Origin: Opitutia bacterium
GTDB lineage: Bacteria > Verrucomicrobiota > Verrucomicrobiia > Opitutales > T3Sed10-336
Assembly (NCBI GenBank): GCA_050506795.1
Contig: JBJHCF010000010.1
Location: 42,061-106,060 of the forward strand
Reading direction: 5' to 3'
DNA: 64,000 nucleotides
Under the pieces are notes generated by a model. The model saw nothing but the letters and a program-made list of their open reading frames with translations, was not told the origin of the DNA and did no database searches. Below, in pieces: positions 39,242 through 49,578 of the stretch (the first letter of the stretch is position 1; each line of letters begins with the position of its first letter). Made by a program: the position numbers and the translations under genes.

Positions 39242-40768
39242 ATGATCCTCCTTCTCCTCATAGCGATTCCTCTGATCGGGGGCCTGGTGGCCTGGGCCGC
39301 CGGGCGCTGGTCGGCGACGGCGCCGCGCTGGATCGCACTCGCGGCGACGGCGGCGCCGCTGCTGCTGGCGCTGTCGCTCTGGGGAACGGAGCCGGATGGG
39401 CGGTGGATGATGAGCTGGGAGGCCGCTTGGATTCCCGCGGCGGGAATCGACTTCTATCTGGCGATCGACGGCCTGAGCCTGCTGCTGGTGCTCCTCACTT
39501 TTGTGCTCGGAGTCCTGGCTGTGGGGGTTTCCTGGCCCAACATCAAAACCCGGCCCGGGTTCTTTTACTTCAACCTGCTGTGGATTCTGGCCGGAACCAC
39601 CGGGGTTTTTATCGCGCTGGACCTTTTCCTCTTCTTCTTCTGCTGGGAACTGATGGTGCTCCCGATGTACTTTTTGATCGGCATCTGGGGGCACGAGAAC
39701 CGCAACTACGCGGCCATCAAGTTCTTCATTTTCACCCAGGCCAGCGGTCTGCTGCTGCTGATCGCCATTCTCGGTCTTTATTTCGCCCACGGCGCTGAAA
39801 CCGGACTCCACACCTTCCGCTACGATGAGCTGTTGGGAACCACCCTGGCGCCGGGGCTGGGAATGGGGCTGATGCTCGGATTCTTCATCGCGTTCGCCGT
39901 CAAGCTGCCGGCCTTTCCGTTTCATACCTGGCTCGCCGACGCCCACACCGAAGCGCCCACCGCCGGCAGTCTCATCCTGGCCGGGTTGCTCCTCAAGACC
40001 GGCGGCTACGGGTTGCTGCGCTTCGTGGTGCCGCTTTTCCCGGACGCGGCGACGGTTTTCGCCCCGGTCGCCATGACGCTCGGCGCGGTCGGCATCCTTT
40101 ACGGAGCCAAACTGGCTTTCGCGCAGACCGACCTGAAACGGCTCATCGCCTACACCAGCGTCAGCCACATGGGTTTTGTGCTGGTGGGGGTATTCGCCTG
40201 GAACGCCTGGGCGCTGCAGGGCGTGGTGATTCAAATGATCGCCCACGGTTTGAGCACGGGCGCGCTTTTCATCCTGGCCGGAGGCATCCAGGACAGATTG
40301 CACACCCGCGACCTCGACCGCATGGGCGGCTTCTGGCCGCAGGCGCCGCGTATGGCGGCGCTGGCCATGTTCTTCGCCATGGCCTCACTGGGACTGCCGG
40401 GACTGGCCAATTTCGTGGGCGAGTTCCTGATCCTGCTGGGGAGCTTCCAGGCCAGCATCACGGTCACTGTTTTCGCCGCCATCGGGCTGGTCGGAGCCAC
40501 CGTTTATTCGCTTTGGATCATCCAGCGGGTCTTTCACGGCCGGCCAAGCCACTCCGTGCTGACCGACCTGTCCTTCCGGGAAACCACCATTCTCGCGGTT
40601 CTGGTGATCGGTCTCCTCGGGATCGGCCTGTATCCGCGACCCGTCCTGCAAACCTCCGAACCGCCGCTCCAGTTGCTCCTGGATACCGCACCCGCATCAG
40701 CGAGCGCCCTCACGGACCCGGCATCCTTCCCGATGGCCGGTGATAACACTCCTTCCGCCACACCATGA
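39242..40768 (+). CDS. nuoM: NADH-quinone oxidoreductase subunit M (set 2)
   Basis: WELM, AVKLP.FPFHTWL.DAH.EAPTAGS, LKTGGYG, AYTSVSHMG. Confidence 0.96.
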   Translation: MILLLLIAIPLIGGLVAWAAGRWSATAPRWIALAATAAPLLLALSLWGTEPDGRWMMSWEAAWIPAAGIDFYLAIDGLSLLLVLLTFVLGVLAVGVSWPNIKTRPGFFYFNLLWILAGTTGVFIALDLFLFFFCWELMVLPMYFLIGIWGHENRNYAAIKFFIFTQASGLLLLIAILGLYFAHGAETGLHTFRYDELLGTTLAPGLGMGLMLGFFIAFAVKLPAFPFHTWLADAHTEAPTAGSLILAGLLLKTGGYGLLRFVVPLFPDAATVFAPVAMTLGAVGILYGAKLAFAQTDLKRLIAYTSVSHMGFVLVGVFAWNAWALQGVVIQMIAHGLSTGALFILAGGIQDRLHTRDLDRMGGFWPQAPRMAALAMFFAMASLGLPGLANFVGEFLILLGSFQASITVTVFAAIGLVGATVYSLWIIQRVFHGRPSHSVLTDLSFRETTILAVLVIGLLGIGLYPRPVLQTSEPPLQLLLDTAPASASALTDPASFPMAGDNTPSATP

Positions 40769-42228
40769 CCGCCCAGGAATTTCAGGCCATCCTTCCTCAC
40801 ATCGTCGTGGCCGCCACGGCGGTAACGGTCATGCTGGTCATTTCGTTCTACCGGAATCAGACCGTTTCCGCCTTGCTGACTCTGGCCGGCCTGGTGCTCG
40901 CCGCGGCCTGCCTGCCAGCCGCCCAAGCGGCCGGCACGGTCAGCCTGGAGCCCCTGCTGCGAATCGACCGCTTCGCCAACTTTCACATCGGACTCCTGCT
41001 GGGGGCCGGGATCGCGGTCACCGTACTCTCCCACAGCTACCTGGAGAAGTACCGGATGGAACGAGGCGAGTTCTATATCCTGCTTTTGCTCTCGATGCTC
41101 GGCGCGATCACCCTGGCGGCGGCGGATCACTTCATCAGTTTTTTCCTGGGAATTGAACTGTTGTCGATCTCGTTGTACGTGATGATCGGATACATCTTCA
41201 CCAAAGAAACGGCGGTGGAGGCCGCGGTGAAATATCTCTTCCTGGCCGCGGCCACGTCGGCGTTTCTCCTTTTCGGCATGGCGCTCATTTACGCCGAACT
41301 GGGAACCATGGCCTTCGGGGAGGTCGCCTCCCGGCTGGGCGACGGGCAAGGTAGCCGCTCCCCGCTCATGGTGGCGGGAACGGTGTTGATCGTCGCCGGA
41401 GCGGGTTTCAAACTGTCCGTGGTTCCCTTCCACATGTGGACCCCCGACATTTACCAGGGCGCGCCGGCGCCGGTAACCGCCTTTTTGGCCACCGCATCCA
41501 AGGGCTGCGTGGTGGCCGTTCTGCTCCGTTTTTTTGCCGGAGTCGAATTCGAGGCCCTTCCGGGCATCCTCCTCGTCCTGAGCGTTATCGCGGCAGCCTC
41601 CATGCTGGCGGGAAACCTGTTGGCGCTGCTGCAGAACAACATCAAACGCCTCCTCGCCTACTCCTCCATCGCCCACTTCGGCTATCTGCTGGTGGCCTTT
41701 GTCGCGGCCGGACCCACCGGGATCGAAGCCGCCACGTTTTACCTGGTGACCTATTTCGCCGCCACGTTGCTCGCTTTTGGTGTTGTGGGTTACCTCTCAC
41801 CCACCGACCGTGAATCCGACACCGTGGAAGACTATCGCGGACTCTTCTGGCGACGCCCCTGGCCGGCCGCCCTTCTTTCGGTCGCCGTCTTCTCCCTGCT
41901 CGGCCTGCCGCTAACGGCCGGCTTTATGGGCAAGTTTTTCCTCATGGCCGCCGGCGCCGGCGCCGAGCTCTGGACCTTGCTGCTGATTCTGGCGGCTTCG
42001 AGCGCCATCGGCCTCTTCTACTACCTGCGGGTAATCGTCGCCATGTACTCCAGCGTGGAAGGCGACAAGCGGTCCGCAACCCAACGCCCCCTGGAAGAAT
42101 TCCCGCCATTCGCCGTCAGCGTTGGCACGGTGCTGGGGGTGCTCGCCGTTGGCCTGATCTTTATCGGACTTTACCCGGAACCGGTTGCCGCCTTCGTGCA
42201 GACGGTCACCCAGAGTCTGTATGAGTAA
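40765..42228 (+). CDS. nuoN: NADH-quinone oxidoreductase subunit N (set 2)
   Basis: EAAVKY, FKLSVVPFHMWTPDIYQGAP, KRLLAYSSIAHFGY. Confidence 0.96.
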   Translation: MTAQEFQAILPHIVVAATAVTVMLVISFYRNQTVSALLTLAGLVLAAACLPAAQAAGTVSLEPLLRIDRFANFHIGLLLGAGIAVTVLSHSYLEKYRMERGEFYILLLLSMLGAITLAAADHFISFFLGIELLSISLYVMIGYIFTKETAVEAAVKYLFLAAATSAFLLFGMALIYAELGTMAFGEVASRLGDGQGSRSPLMVAGTVLIVAGAGFKLSVVPFHMWTPDIYQGAPAPVTAFLATASKGCVVAVLLRFFAGVEFEALPGILLVLSVIAAASMLAGNLLALLQNNIKRLLAYSSIAHFGYLLVAFVAAGPTGIEAATFYLVTYFAATLLAFGVVGYLSPTDRESDTVEDYRGLFWRRPWPAALLSVAVFSLLGLPLTAGFMGKFFLMAAGAGAELWTLLLILAASSAIGLFYYLRVIVAMYSSVEGDKRSATQRPLEEFPPFAVSVGTVLGVLAVGLIFIGLYPEPVAAFVQTVTQSLYE

Positions 42229-42342
42229 GGAGGCGGTGCCGGGCATTGGTTATCGGGCCCGCTGAGTTTAGGTAATCACCCTCCCCAACCAAGAACCAAG
42301 AACGACTAACCACGAACAGGGCGCAGCCCAAATAATGCCGCC

Positions 42343-42786
42343 ATGAACACACCTGTATCCGACGTCATCGCCCACAAGGGCGGACGCGTTCACACCACCG
42401 CACCCGACGCCACCGTGCGCCAGGCCGTTCACCTCATGAACGAAAAGAAGATCGGCGCCCTGCTGGTCATGCACGACGAGAAACCCATCGGAATGTTCAC
42501 CGAACGCGACGTTCTGGTACGCGTGGTGGATGCCGGAAAAGACCCGGAGACCACCCTCGTGCACGAGGTAATGAGCTCGAAACTGGTCACCATCAAACCG
42601 TCCCTTTCGGTGGAGCAGACCATGAAAATCATGACGGAAAAACGCTGTCGGCACCTGCCGGTGATGGAAGGGGACAAACTCCTCGGCCTCGTTTCCATCG
42701 GCGACGTCACCCGCTGGATGGTACGGGAACATGAGAGCTACATCGACAATTTGCTCAACTACATCCACGGCGGTTACCCGACATGA
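42343..42786 (+). CDS. CBS domain-containing protein
   Basis: Tandem CBS pair: IGALLV..GMFTERD; RHLPV..GLVSIGD. Confidence 0.92.
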   Translation: MNTPVSDVIAHKGGRVHTTAPDATVRQAVHLMNEKKIGALLVMHDEKPIGMFTERDVLVRVVDAGKDPETTLVHEVMSSKLVTIKPSLSVEQTMKIMTEKRCRHLPVMEGDKLLGLVSIGDVTRWMVREHESYIDNLLNYIHGGYPT

Positions 42787-42813
42787 ATCCGGGCTTGATC
42801 GCCCGGATTCATG
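42782..42813. terminator. Perfect 13-bp hairpin overlapping the CBS gene stop (terminator-like, no U-tract)
   Basis: CATGAATCCGGGC-TTGATC-GCCCGGATTCATG. Confidence 0.45.
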
Positions 42814-42935
42814 CTTCGAATAAATTTATGGTCAAATCAATGAGTCTGTTTTTTCGATTTGATCCCCGGAGTGATCGGCCCTAGGGTTGGATGATCGAGT
42901 TTGATGGTAGCGCCAATGCCCATCGGAGAAATGCG

Positions 42936-43640
42936 ATGCAGTTGATTCCAACATTCAAAGCAAAACGCGCCTTCCTTTCCGCCGTTTTGGCGTCACTTCT
43001 ACTGGCGCTCAGCGTTCCGGCCGAAGGTCAGTCGAGGGGAAGCTCCGCCGACGGCGAACTGGAGTTGCGCGGCTACACCCGAATGGGCAACAGCCATGCC
43101 TTCAGTCTCCGCAACACCCGTACCGGAGAGAGCGAATGGGTCTGGAGCGATCGACCCGGGGAATATTTCAGCATCGAGGGGTTCGACGCGGAAAAGCAGA
43201 TGATAACCGTTCGCCATCGGAATCAGATCCAGACCGTGTTTTTACAGCGTTCGCGAATTGATCACTACGATGCGCCCGTGACCGCACCTATGCCCTCCTT
43301 TGAACCTCCAACCCCGCCTCCAGCCCCTGCCGGGCAACCGCGCGCGGGATCCGTCGCCGAGCGACGCTCCATCAACCCCACTAGCGGCGACGCCGAAAGC
43401 GGCTCTGGCAGGGAAACGGGGACTCCGGAAAATCAGTTTGGCCAGGGCGGTTTTCTTTCGGGAGGGCTTCCCGGAAGCGGAGGCGGCGACGGAACGATTC
43501 CCCCCACCCAGCCGTCCGAACCCCCCGCCGGCGGCAGCGACGACCTTCCCGACAACCAGGACGATGCCCCGGACGACCCCTTCGGACCACCGCCACCACC
43601 ACCCGACAGCCCACCGCCATCGTACACGCCGAGTACTTGA
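42936..43640 (+). CDS. Secreted hypothetical protein with Pro/Gly/Asp-rich disordered tail
   Basis: Signal-peptide-like N-terminus, short beta-rich domain (FSL....GES.W), low-complexity C-terminus. Confidence 0.7.
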   Translation: MQLIPTFKAKRAFLSAVLASLLLALSVPAEGQSRGSSADGELELRGYTRMGNSHAFSLRNTRTGESEWVWSDRPGEYFSIEGFDAEKQMITVRHRNQIQTVFLQRSRIDHYDAPVTAPMPSFEPPTPPPAPAGQPRAGSVAERRSINPTSGDAESGSGRETGTPENQFGQGGFLSGGLPGSGGGDGTIPPTQPSEPPAGGSDDLPDNQDDAPDDPFGPPPPPPDSPPPSYTPST

Positions 43641-43706
43641 GGGCTTCGCCCTGTTCCTGGTTCCTGGTTCCTGGTTATCGCGATTGAAAATGCGTACCGG
43701 AAATTC

Positions 43707-43765
43707 TCCGGCTTGAAGCACGGAGCTACGGGGCGGAACTCGTAGCGCCCTGCTTTAAGCGGGCG
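43707..43765. repeat. GTAG-type REP pair
   Basis: CTCCGGCTTGAAGCACGGAGCTAC-GGGGCGGAACTC-GTAGCGCCCTGCTTTAAGCGGGCG; same layout as 3884-3939. Confidence 0.8.
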
Positions 43766-43829
43766 TCTTCGCGCGGTCAGGACAACAACTCCGGCGAAGA
43801 ATTCTCCTGCACCTGCGCGGAGCTACGCC

Positions 43830-45491
43830 CTACCTGGCCAGCAACTCTTCGGCATGGGCGATGGCGGATTTCGCTTTGCGGTCACCCAGCATTCGGGCCA
43901 GTTCGCCCAGGCGTTCTTCGCGGGAATGGTGTAACGGGGCGATGGTCACCTGGGTGGTTTTGCCGCTCTGGCGCTTTTCCACCTGGTAATGGCTGGATGC
44001 CAGGCCGGCCACCTGGGGAAGGTGGGTGACGCAAAAAACCTGGTGCCGGGCCGACAAGCCCGCCAGTCGCTCGCCCACCGCCCGGCCGATCTCACCGCCC
44101 ACGTTGGCGTCGACTTCATCGAAGACCAGCACCGGAATATCGTCGACTTCGGCCAGGATGGTCTTGAGCGCCAGCATGACCCGCGCGATCTCTCCGCTGG
44201 AGGCGATCTTGTTCAATGGCATCAGATCCTGACCCACATTCGGAGCGAAACGGAACTCACACCCGGAGTCGCCGTGCGGTTTGGGATCGGATTCGGCCAA
44301 CACCTCCACGGTAAAACCGGATTTCCGGAATCCGAGAGCCGGCAGGGCCTTCCTCACTCGGGCGGCCAGCTCGGAGGCCGCCTTTTCGCGACTCTGGCGC
44401 AGCTTGGCCCCGGCGGCCCGCACCGCCTTTTCCGCCGTGGATATTTTTTCCTCCAGGTGGCGCAAATTCCCTTCAATATCTCCCTGTCGTTCCAATCGAC
44501 CGGCGATTTCCTCGCGTTTGCGCAATACCCCGGAAACCGAACCGCCGTACCGCCGCTTCAGGTCCAGCCAATCGTTCATGCGAACCTGGATGGCCTCCGC
44601 CTCCGCCGGATCCAAATCGAGCCCCTCCGTCAGTGCTTCGAACTCGCGGCCAAGGTCCTCGGTCTCGATGGCCAGGGAGCGCAGGCGTGAGACCATGGCC
44701 TCGCTGGACGGGTCGGTCTCCTGCAGGTCCCGGCCGCCACGCTGCAACTGGGCCAGTTGCTCCAGCACCCCGCCATCCCCGATGAGCCCTTCCGACAGCT
44801 GGCGCGCCAGAGCCATTAATTCCTGGCCGTTCGAGACCTTCCGGAAATCGCTTTCCAGGGTCGCGATAGCCTCCTCCGACACCTCACAGGCATCGATGCG
44901 TGCCAATTGCTGGCGCAGGAAGTCGATCTCGTCGGGGGACAGTGCCGTTTCCGCGAGCAAGGCTTCCCGTTCCGCCAACGCATTGCGCCAGGCGCGGTAA
45001 TGCTCGCGGTATTCCTGCAGCAGCGCATCGTGCCCGGCGTACAGGTCGAGTAGTTCCCGCTGGGAATCGGTGCTGAAAAGCCGCTGCGGTTCGCCTGGTC
45101 CGTGAAAATCGATCCACAACTCGCCCAAACGCCGCAGGTTGGTCTGGGTGGTGAGCGCGCCATTGACCAGGATACGGGGCATCTTCTCACGCGGCAGCAC
45201 GCGCCGAATCAGCAGCGCTCCGTCCTCGCAGGGCGGGAGTTCCAGTTCCCCCAGTAGAGCATGAACCGGGGAAGCCTTCGCCACGGAAAGCACACATTCC
45301 ACTTCACAAACGTCCGCTCCCTGACGAATCACGCTCTTGTCGGCCCGGGATCCGGACAGGAGCTGAAGCGCTCCCAAAAACACGCTTTTCCCGGCCCCCG
45401 TTTCTCCGGTCACCGCGATAAACCCGGGTTCGAGTTCGAGGGCCACTTCGTCCAGAAGCGCCAGGTTTTGAATGCGAAGGTACTGAAGCAT
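43830..45491 (-). CDS. recN: DNA repair protein RecN
   Basis: TGETGAGKS Walker A, ASSGEIARVMLALK, VFDEVD, VTHLPQVA. Confidence 0.95.
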   Translation of the reverse strand: MLQYLRIQNLALLDEVALELEPGFIAVTGETGAGKSVFLGALQLLSGSRADKSVIRQGADVCEVECVLSVAKASPVHALLGELELPPCEDGALLIRRVLPREKMPRILVNGALTTQTNLRRLGELWIDFHGPGEPQRLFSTDSQRELLDLYAGHDALLQEYREHYRAWRNALAEREALLAETALSPDEIDFLRQQLARIDACEVSEEAIATLESDFRKVSNGQELMALARQLSEGLIGDGGVLEQLAQLQRGGRDLQETDPSSEAMVSRLRSLAIETEDLGREFEALTEGLDLDPAEAEAIQVRMNDWLDLKRRYGGSVSGVLRKREEIAGRLERQGDIEGNLRHLEEKISTAEKAVRAAGAKLRQSREKAASELAARVRKALPALGFRKSGFTVEVLAESDPKPHGDSGCEFRFAPNVGQDLMPLNKIASSGEIARVMLALKTILAEVDDIPVLVFDEVDANVGGEIGRAVGERLAGLSARHQVFCVTHLPQVAGLASSHYQVEKRQSGKTTQVTIAPLHHSREERLGELARMLGDRKAKSAIAHAEELLAR

Positions 45492-45515
45492 AAGCGGACG
45501 TCCGGAGCGGAGCAT

Positions 45516-45545
45516 AAAAAAAAGCTGTCGAAACGACAGCTTTTT
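45516..45545. terminator. Bidirectional intrinsic terminator after tRNA-Val
   Basis: AAAAAAAAGCTGTCG-AAA-CGACAGCTTTTT. Confidence 0.85.
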
Positions 45546-45548
45546 CGG

Positions 45549-45622
45549 TGGGAGATACTGGATTCGAACCAGTGACCTCTTGCGTGTCATGCAAGCGCTC
45601 TAACCAACTGAGCTAATCCCCC
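45549..45622 (-). tRNA. tRNA-Val(GAC), CCA not encoded
   Basis: GGGGGATTAGCTCAGTTGGTTAGAGCGCTTGCAT-GAC-ACGCAAGAGGTCACTGGTTCGAATCCAGTATCTCCCA followed by CCG. Confidence 0.96.
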
Positions 45623-45826
45623 GAAGGGTAAACAATAAGGATTTGCCGGGAGCACGACCGGTGGCAAGGAAATTTTTTTGGGACGGGGGGGATCGGTTGT
45701 CGGTTGTTGGTTGCCGGACTTTCTCACCGCTGATAGACGCCGATTTGACGCTAAAAGGACGAGAAAAATCCGGCTTTTTAACGCGATTCCTTAACAAAAT
45801 AACGAAGCGGAACAACGAACCAAGAA

Positions 45827-46660
45827 CTAAGAACCCTCAACACTCCACCTCCCCAGGACCTTGCCGGGGTGAAAGGCGTCTTTCCGACGAAACACCCGGC
45901 GGACAGTCAATTCGTCATTATGGATCTCCACCAGGCGGCGTCCCATGAAGGGAAAGTAGGATCCGGTATTGATGACGGTGCAGCTTTTCCGGTGCCACAC
46001 GCCGGGGAAATGGGTGTGACCCATGACAATGAAAGCGGGCGCGGTGTGGTGACGTTCGGCCAGACGGCCGCCCCGAAGACCGGTTTCCGCCCAGCACCGG
46101 AAAATGCGCCGAGCCCGGCCGGGAGGCCAGCCCTGGCGGAGCACAAAACGCCGAAAGCCACACCAGGCCAACCCGTCGATCCCTCTGTCATCCAGCATGT
46201 TGATACAAGCCTCCCGCACCCGGGCAATCACCTCATCCAGACCTTCCTCAACCGGCTGGTGGTTCGGAAGGTACATCCGCTCACAAGCTTCTCTTATCTC
46301 GTGACGAGTCCGACCCCACACTGAAATCTCGGGGAACAGCACATCGCCGTGAGTCACCAGCACCTTCCCGCCCGCCACTTCGAGAGAGCCCAGTTCCGAG
46401 ATGGCCGGATCGTGATTGCCGCTGACAAAAACCGGCCGGGCGCCCGCCGCCCGGCACACGTCCGCAAACACAGCCGCGTCCCCCGGCTCACGCCGCCCTC
46501 CAAACCCCGGCCCCTGCTCCACGGTGTCCCCGTTGAACACCACCGTGCCCGCGCCCTCGAACAACGGACGCAACTGCTCGACACGCCGCACCAGACTGAC
46601 CGGATGCCCCCAATGGAGGTCGGAGAGAATACGTACCGGACCGGATAAATCGATGGGCAT
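45827..46660 (-). CDS. Calcineurin-like metallophosphoesterase
   Basis: SDLH, NGD, GNHD, THGD, GHTH, NTGS motifs. Confidence 0.9.
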   Translation of the reverse strand: MPIDLSGPVRILSDLHWGHPVSLVRRVEQLRPLFEGAGTVVFNGDTVEQGPGFGGRREPGDAAVFADVCRAAGARPVFVSGNHDPAISELGSLEVAGGKVLVTHGDVLFPEISVWGRTRHEIREACERMYLPNHQPVEEGLDEVIARVREACINMLDDRGIDGLAWCGFRRFVLRQGWPPGRARRIFRCWAETGLRGGRLAERHHTAPAFIVMGHTHFPGVWHRKSCTVINTGSYFPFMGRRLVEIHNDELTVRRVFRRKDAFHPGKVLGRWSVEGS

Positions 46661-47044
46661 TGGTGGCAGATGGTTACCAGGAAGAGGTCAAGAACGTTGC
46701 GTGGGGCGTGGGAGCGGGGGGGGACCAGATAAGTCCCGGCCTTTGCTTCCGTGTATTTCGCGTATTTCGTGGTTAAAATCGGCTCCCGGTTCGAGGTTTC
46801 CGCTCCCCATAGATTCTGGACTATATTAGCCGCTAAGTGCGCAAAATGACCTTCTCCATCCCCAGGCTACGGCGGGTCGCCCGCTAAAGCAGGGCGCTAC
46901 TAAAACCCCCTCGCCCCATCGGCAAGCGGTTCCCGGCAAAGCCGGTGATCCCACTTGAAATCTTGCGTCCGGGTCGAAATTGGCTAGGATGTTGCGAATC
47001 ATTTTCCTTTTCCATCAGTAGGTCCCATCCGAAATCGCATTTTC

Positions 47045-47749
47045 ATGAAAAAACCTCTTTTCTTTGTCGTCGGCGCCGTGTTCCTCCTCGCAATAGCCAT
47101 GCAGGCCTATCCGTTGCTGGTTCGGTCGGAAGTCACCAAAACCGACTCCCTGGAAAACCTGATCTCCAAGGATCTTCCCGGCTGGAGTTACATGGACCTG
47201 CCGTTGGCGGAAACGGAAGAAGCCCGCAACACGGTCGAACGGCGTCTGAACTTCGACGATTACGTTTCAAGAATTTACCGCAGCGGCGACACCGAGGTCG
47301 GCATCTACATCGCGTACTGGGAACCCGGAACCACGGCCGTACGCATGGTGGGCGTGCACACCCCGGACACCTGCTGGGTCCAGAATGGCTGGACCTGTAC
47401 CGACCGGGCATCAGGTGTGCTCAAGGATGTGAGCGGTGGCCAATTGAAACCCGGTGAATTCGGGATCTACGAAATCCGCGACCACGTGCAGCACGTGCTC
47501 TTCTGGCACCTGGTCGGCCGACAGGTTTACGGCTACGACCAACAGGATATTCACAACGTCTTCGCGCCCCTGCAGGACATGATGCAGTTCGGGCTCAACC
47601 AGCGCCAGGAACAATACTTTATCCGGGTGTCCAGCAATCGCCCCTTCGAGGAAATCTGGGACGATCCCGGCTTCGCACAATTGATGGAAGACATCGGCGC
47701 TCTCGGACTCAAATTCGACGGCGAAAACGTGGAAGATCACACGATCTAG
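47045..47749 (+). CDS. Exosortase-associated EpsI family protein
   Basis: N-terminal anchor, L.FDDY..R.Y, YIAYW, HTPDTCW...GW. Confidence 0.8.
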   Translation: MKKPLFFVVGAVFLLAIAMQAYPLLVRSEVTKTDSLENLISKDLPGWSYMDLPLAETEEARNTVERRLNFDDYVSRIYRSGDTEVGIYIAYWEPGTTAVRMVGVHTPDTCWVQNGWTCTDRASGVLKDVSGGQLKPGEFGIYEIRDHVQHVLFWHLVGRQVYGYDQQDIHNVFAPLQDMMQFGLNQRQEQYFIRVSSNRPFEEIWDDPGFAQLMEDIGALGLKFDGENVEDHTI

Positions 47750-47788
47750 CAGCCTGCCACGTCCTGACTTCCGTTTGACACGGCGGTT

Positions 47789-47905
47789 CGCCCGCTAATG
47801 CAGGGCACTACACTTCTTCTCGTAGCTCCGTGCTTAAGCCGGAGTCCTCTTCGAGGGAATCGCAGTCCTCACGCCACACAACCGCCCGCTAAAGCAGGGC
47901 GCTAC
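47789..47905. repeat. GTAG-type REP cluster (3 units, REPIN-like)
   Basis: Units at about 47789, 47822 and 47883; spacer related to those at 51447-51531 and 53062-53249. Confidence 0.8.
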
Positions 47906-48022
47906 TGAAAAGCTCCATGTCGCTTTTGAGGAACGCGAAATCCTGCCGAAGGGAAATGGGCCGAGCGAATCGGGACCCCTCGCCTCTCACCCCACATCAG
48001 CATCCGACAACTGAAAACCGAT

Positions 48023-48718
48023 TCACCCCACACCGCCCAAATACACAACCTGGCCGGTGACAAAGCTGCTGCGGTCGTCGAGGAAGAAATCGACGACATT
48101 CAAAATGTCTCCGATCGTGCCCATTCGACGGATGGCCTGACGCTGCAAAAGTGCCTCCATCTTTTCTTTGGGGACTCCTCGAATCAGGTCGGTCTCAACA
48201 GGGGTCGGGCCGACGGCGTTGACGGTGATCCCCCATTCGCCGACCTCGCGCGCCAGGATGCGGGTCAAACTCTCCACCGCCGCCTTGCTGGCCGCATAAA
48301 GCGCCTCCCCTTCCAGTCGCAAAGGCGTGGCCACGGTGGCAAAATTGACAATGCGTCCGGTCTTCCTCTTGCGCATGACCTTGGCGACCTCGCGACAGAA
48401 CAGGAAGGTGCCGAAAACGTTGGTCCCGAACACGTCCCTCGCGGTCGAATAGGGAGTCAGCAGCAGGTGGTTCATCGACGCGATGCCGGCGTTGTTGATC
48501 AAAGCGTCGATCCCGTCGGCCTCCGTGGCTACAGCACGCACCATGGCCACAACCGCCTTTTCGTCGGCCACATCCAGAGAGAAGTGCCGGTAATGCGCAT
48601 GCTCTATTGACGCCTCTCCCCGACTGCACCCGGCGACAAGCCACCCGCGCTCCAGGTAATGCTCAGCCAGAGATTTCCCGATCCCCTTACGCGTGCCGGT
48701 GATAAGTACGGTTTTCAT
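48023..48718 (-). CDS. SDR family oxidoreductase (3-oxoacyl-ACP reductase-like)
   Basis: TGTRKGIG, NNAG, YAASK. Confidence 0.9.
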   Translation of the reverse strand: MKTVLITGTRKGIGKSLAEHYLERGWLVAGCSRGEASIEHAHYRHFSLDVADEKAVVAMVRAVATEADGIDALINNAGIASMNHLLLTPYSTARDVFGTNVFGTFLFCREVAKVMRKRKTGRIVNFATVATPLRLEGEALYAASKAAVESLTRILAREVGEWGITVNAVGPTPVETDLIRGVPKEKMEALLQRQAIRRMGTIGDILNVVDFFLDDRSSFVTGQVVYLGGVG

Positions 48719-48951
48719 GGTGAAATGGTTATCGGTTAATGGATTTTGTGACCGCAAATGGACGCTAATCTAACGCTGAAATGGGGGGGACGTGGGGCGA
48801 GGGGGTCTTCAGTAGCGCCCAGCTTTAGCGGGCCACCTCAGTGTTAAACGGAAGAGCGCTAAGAATCAAAAAGGAGCGGGCGAAACGTTTCGCAAGACGG
48901 CATCCCACACCCCCATTCAGTGGTCCCCTTCTCTGCCGGCTCCGGAACAGT

Positions 48952-49260
48952 TTAGGACGGAACTTCGCGGGCCTCGCCGACGACTTCTTCAACAAACTCC
49001 GTCAGGGTTCCGGCGGTACGAAAGGGCGAGCGCCTACGGCTCATGGCCCGTTCGTCGGCCAGCGTCACCGGAACCCCCAACCGTTCCTCGACCGCCACTT
49101 CGAGGTCGGCAATCAAGCTGACCAGCGCCAGGCTGTCGAGCACCCCGCCCTCACCAAAAAGCACCGTGTCCGGACCCGGATTCTCCAGTCCGCCCAGAGT
49201 CTCATTCTCCCCAAACGCCTTCAACGTTTCCAGGACCAGCTCTTGAATTTTATTGCCCAT
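48952..49260 (-). CDS. Acyl carrier protein
   Basis: LFG..G.LDSLALVSLIADLE phosphopantetheine motif; DERAMS...SPF. Confidence 0.85.
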   Translation of the reverse strand: MGNKIQELVLETLKAFGENETLGGLENPGPDTVLFGEGGVLDSLALVSLIADLEVAVEERLGVPVTLADERAMSRRRSPFRTAGTLTEFVEEVVGEAREVPS

Positions 49261-49578
49261 GCTGACCTGCACTCTCAGTCGATTGCCGATGAAGCTCAAG
49301 CCAATGATTAGCTGGAAAAGGACCGGAACCAATTTCAACCACAGATATCTCAGATGGGCACAGATACGAAACCTCTGCCTCTGAATCTGTGTGCTCTGTG
49401 TAATCTGTGGTCAAAAATTCCGTTAGAAACCCGAGCCCCGTAGTGTGTCCGCTTCCTCCTTCGCGCTACGACGGACGTGTGCGGACGCTTCCGACCGACA
49501 GCTCAAAAACCGACACCGCGATTGCCTGTCGAAAGCTGGGCGCTAATGAAAGCCCTTCGGCCCACGTCCCTCGCCCCT

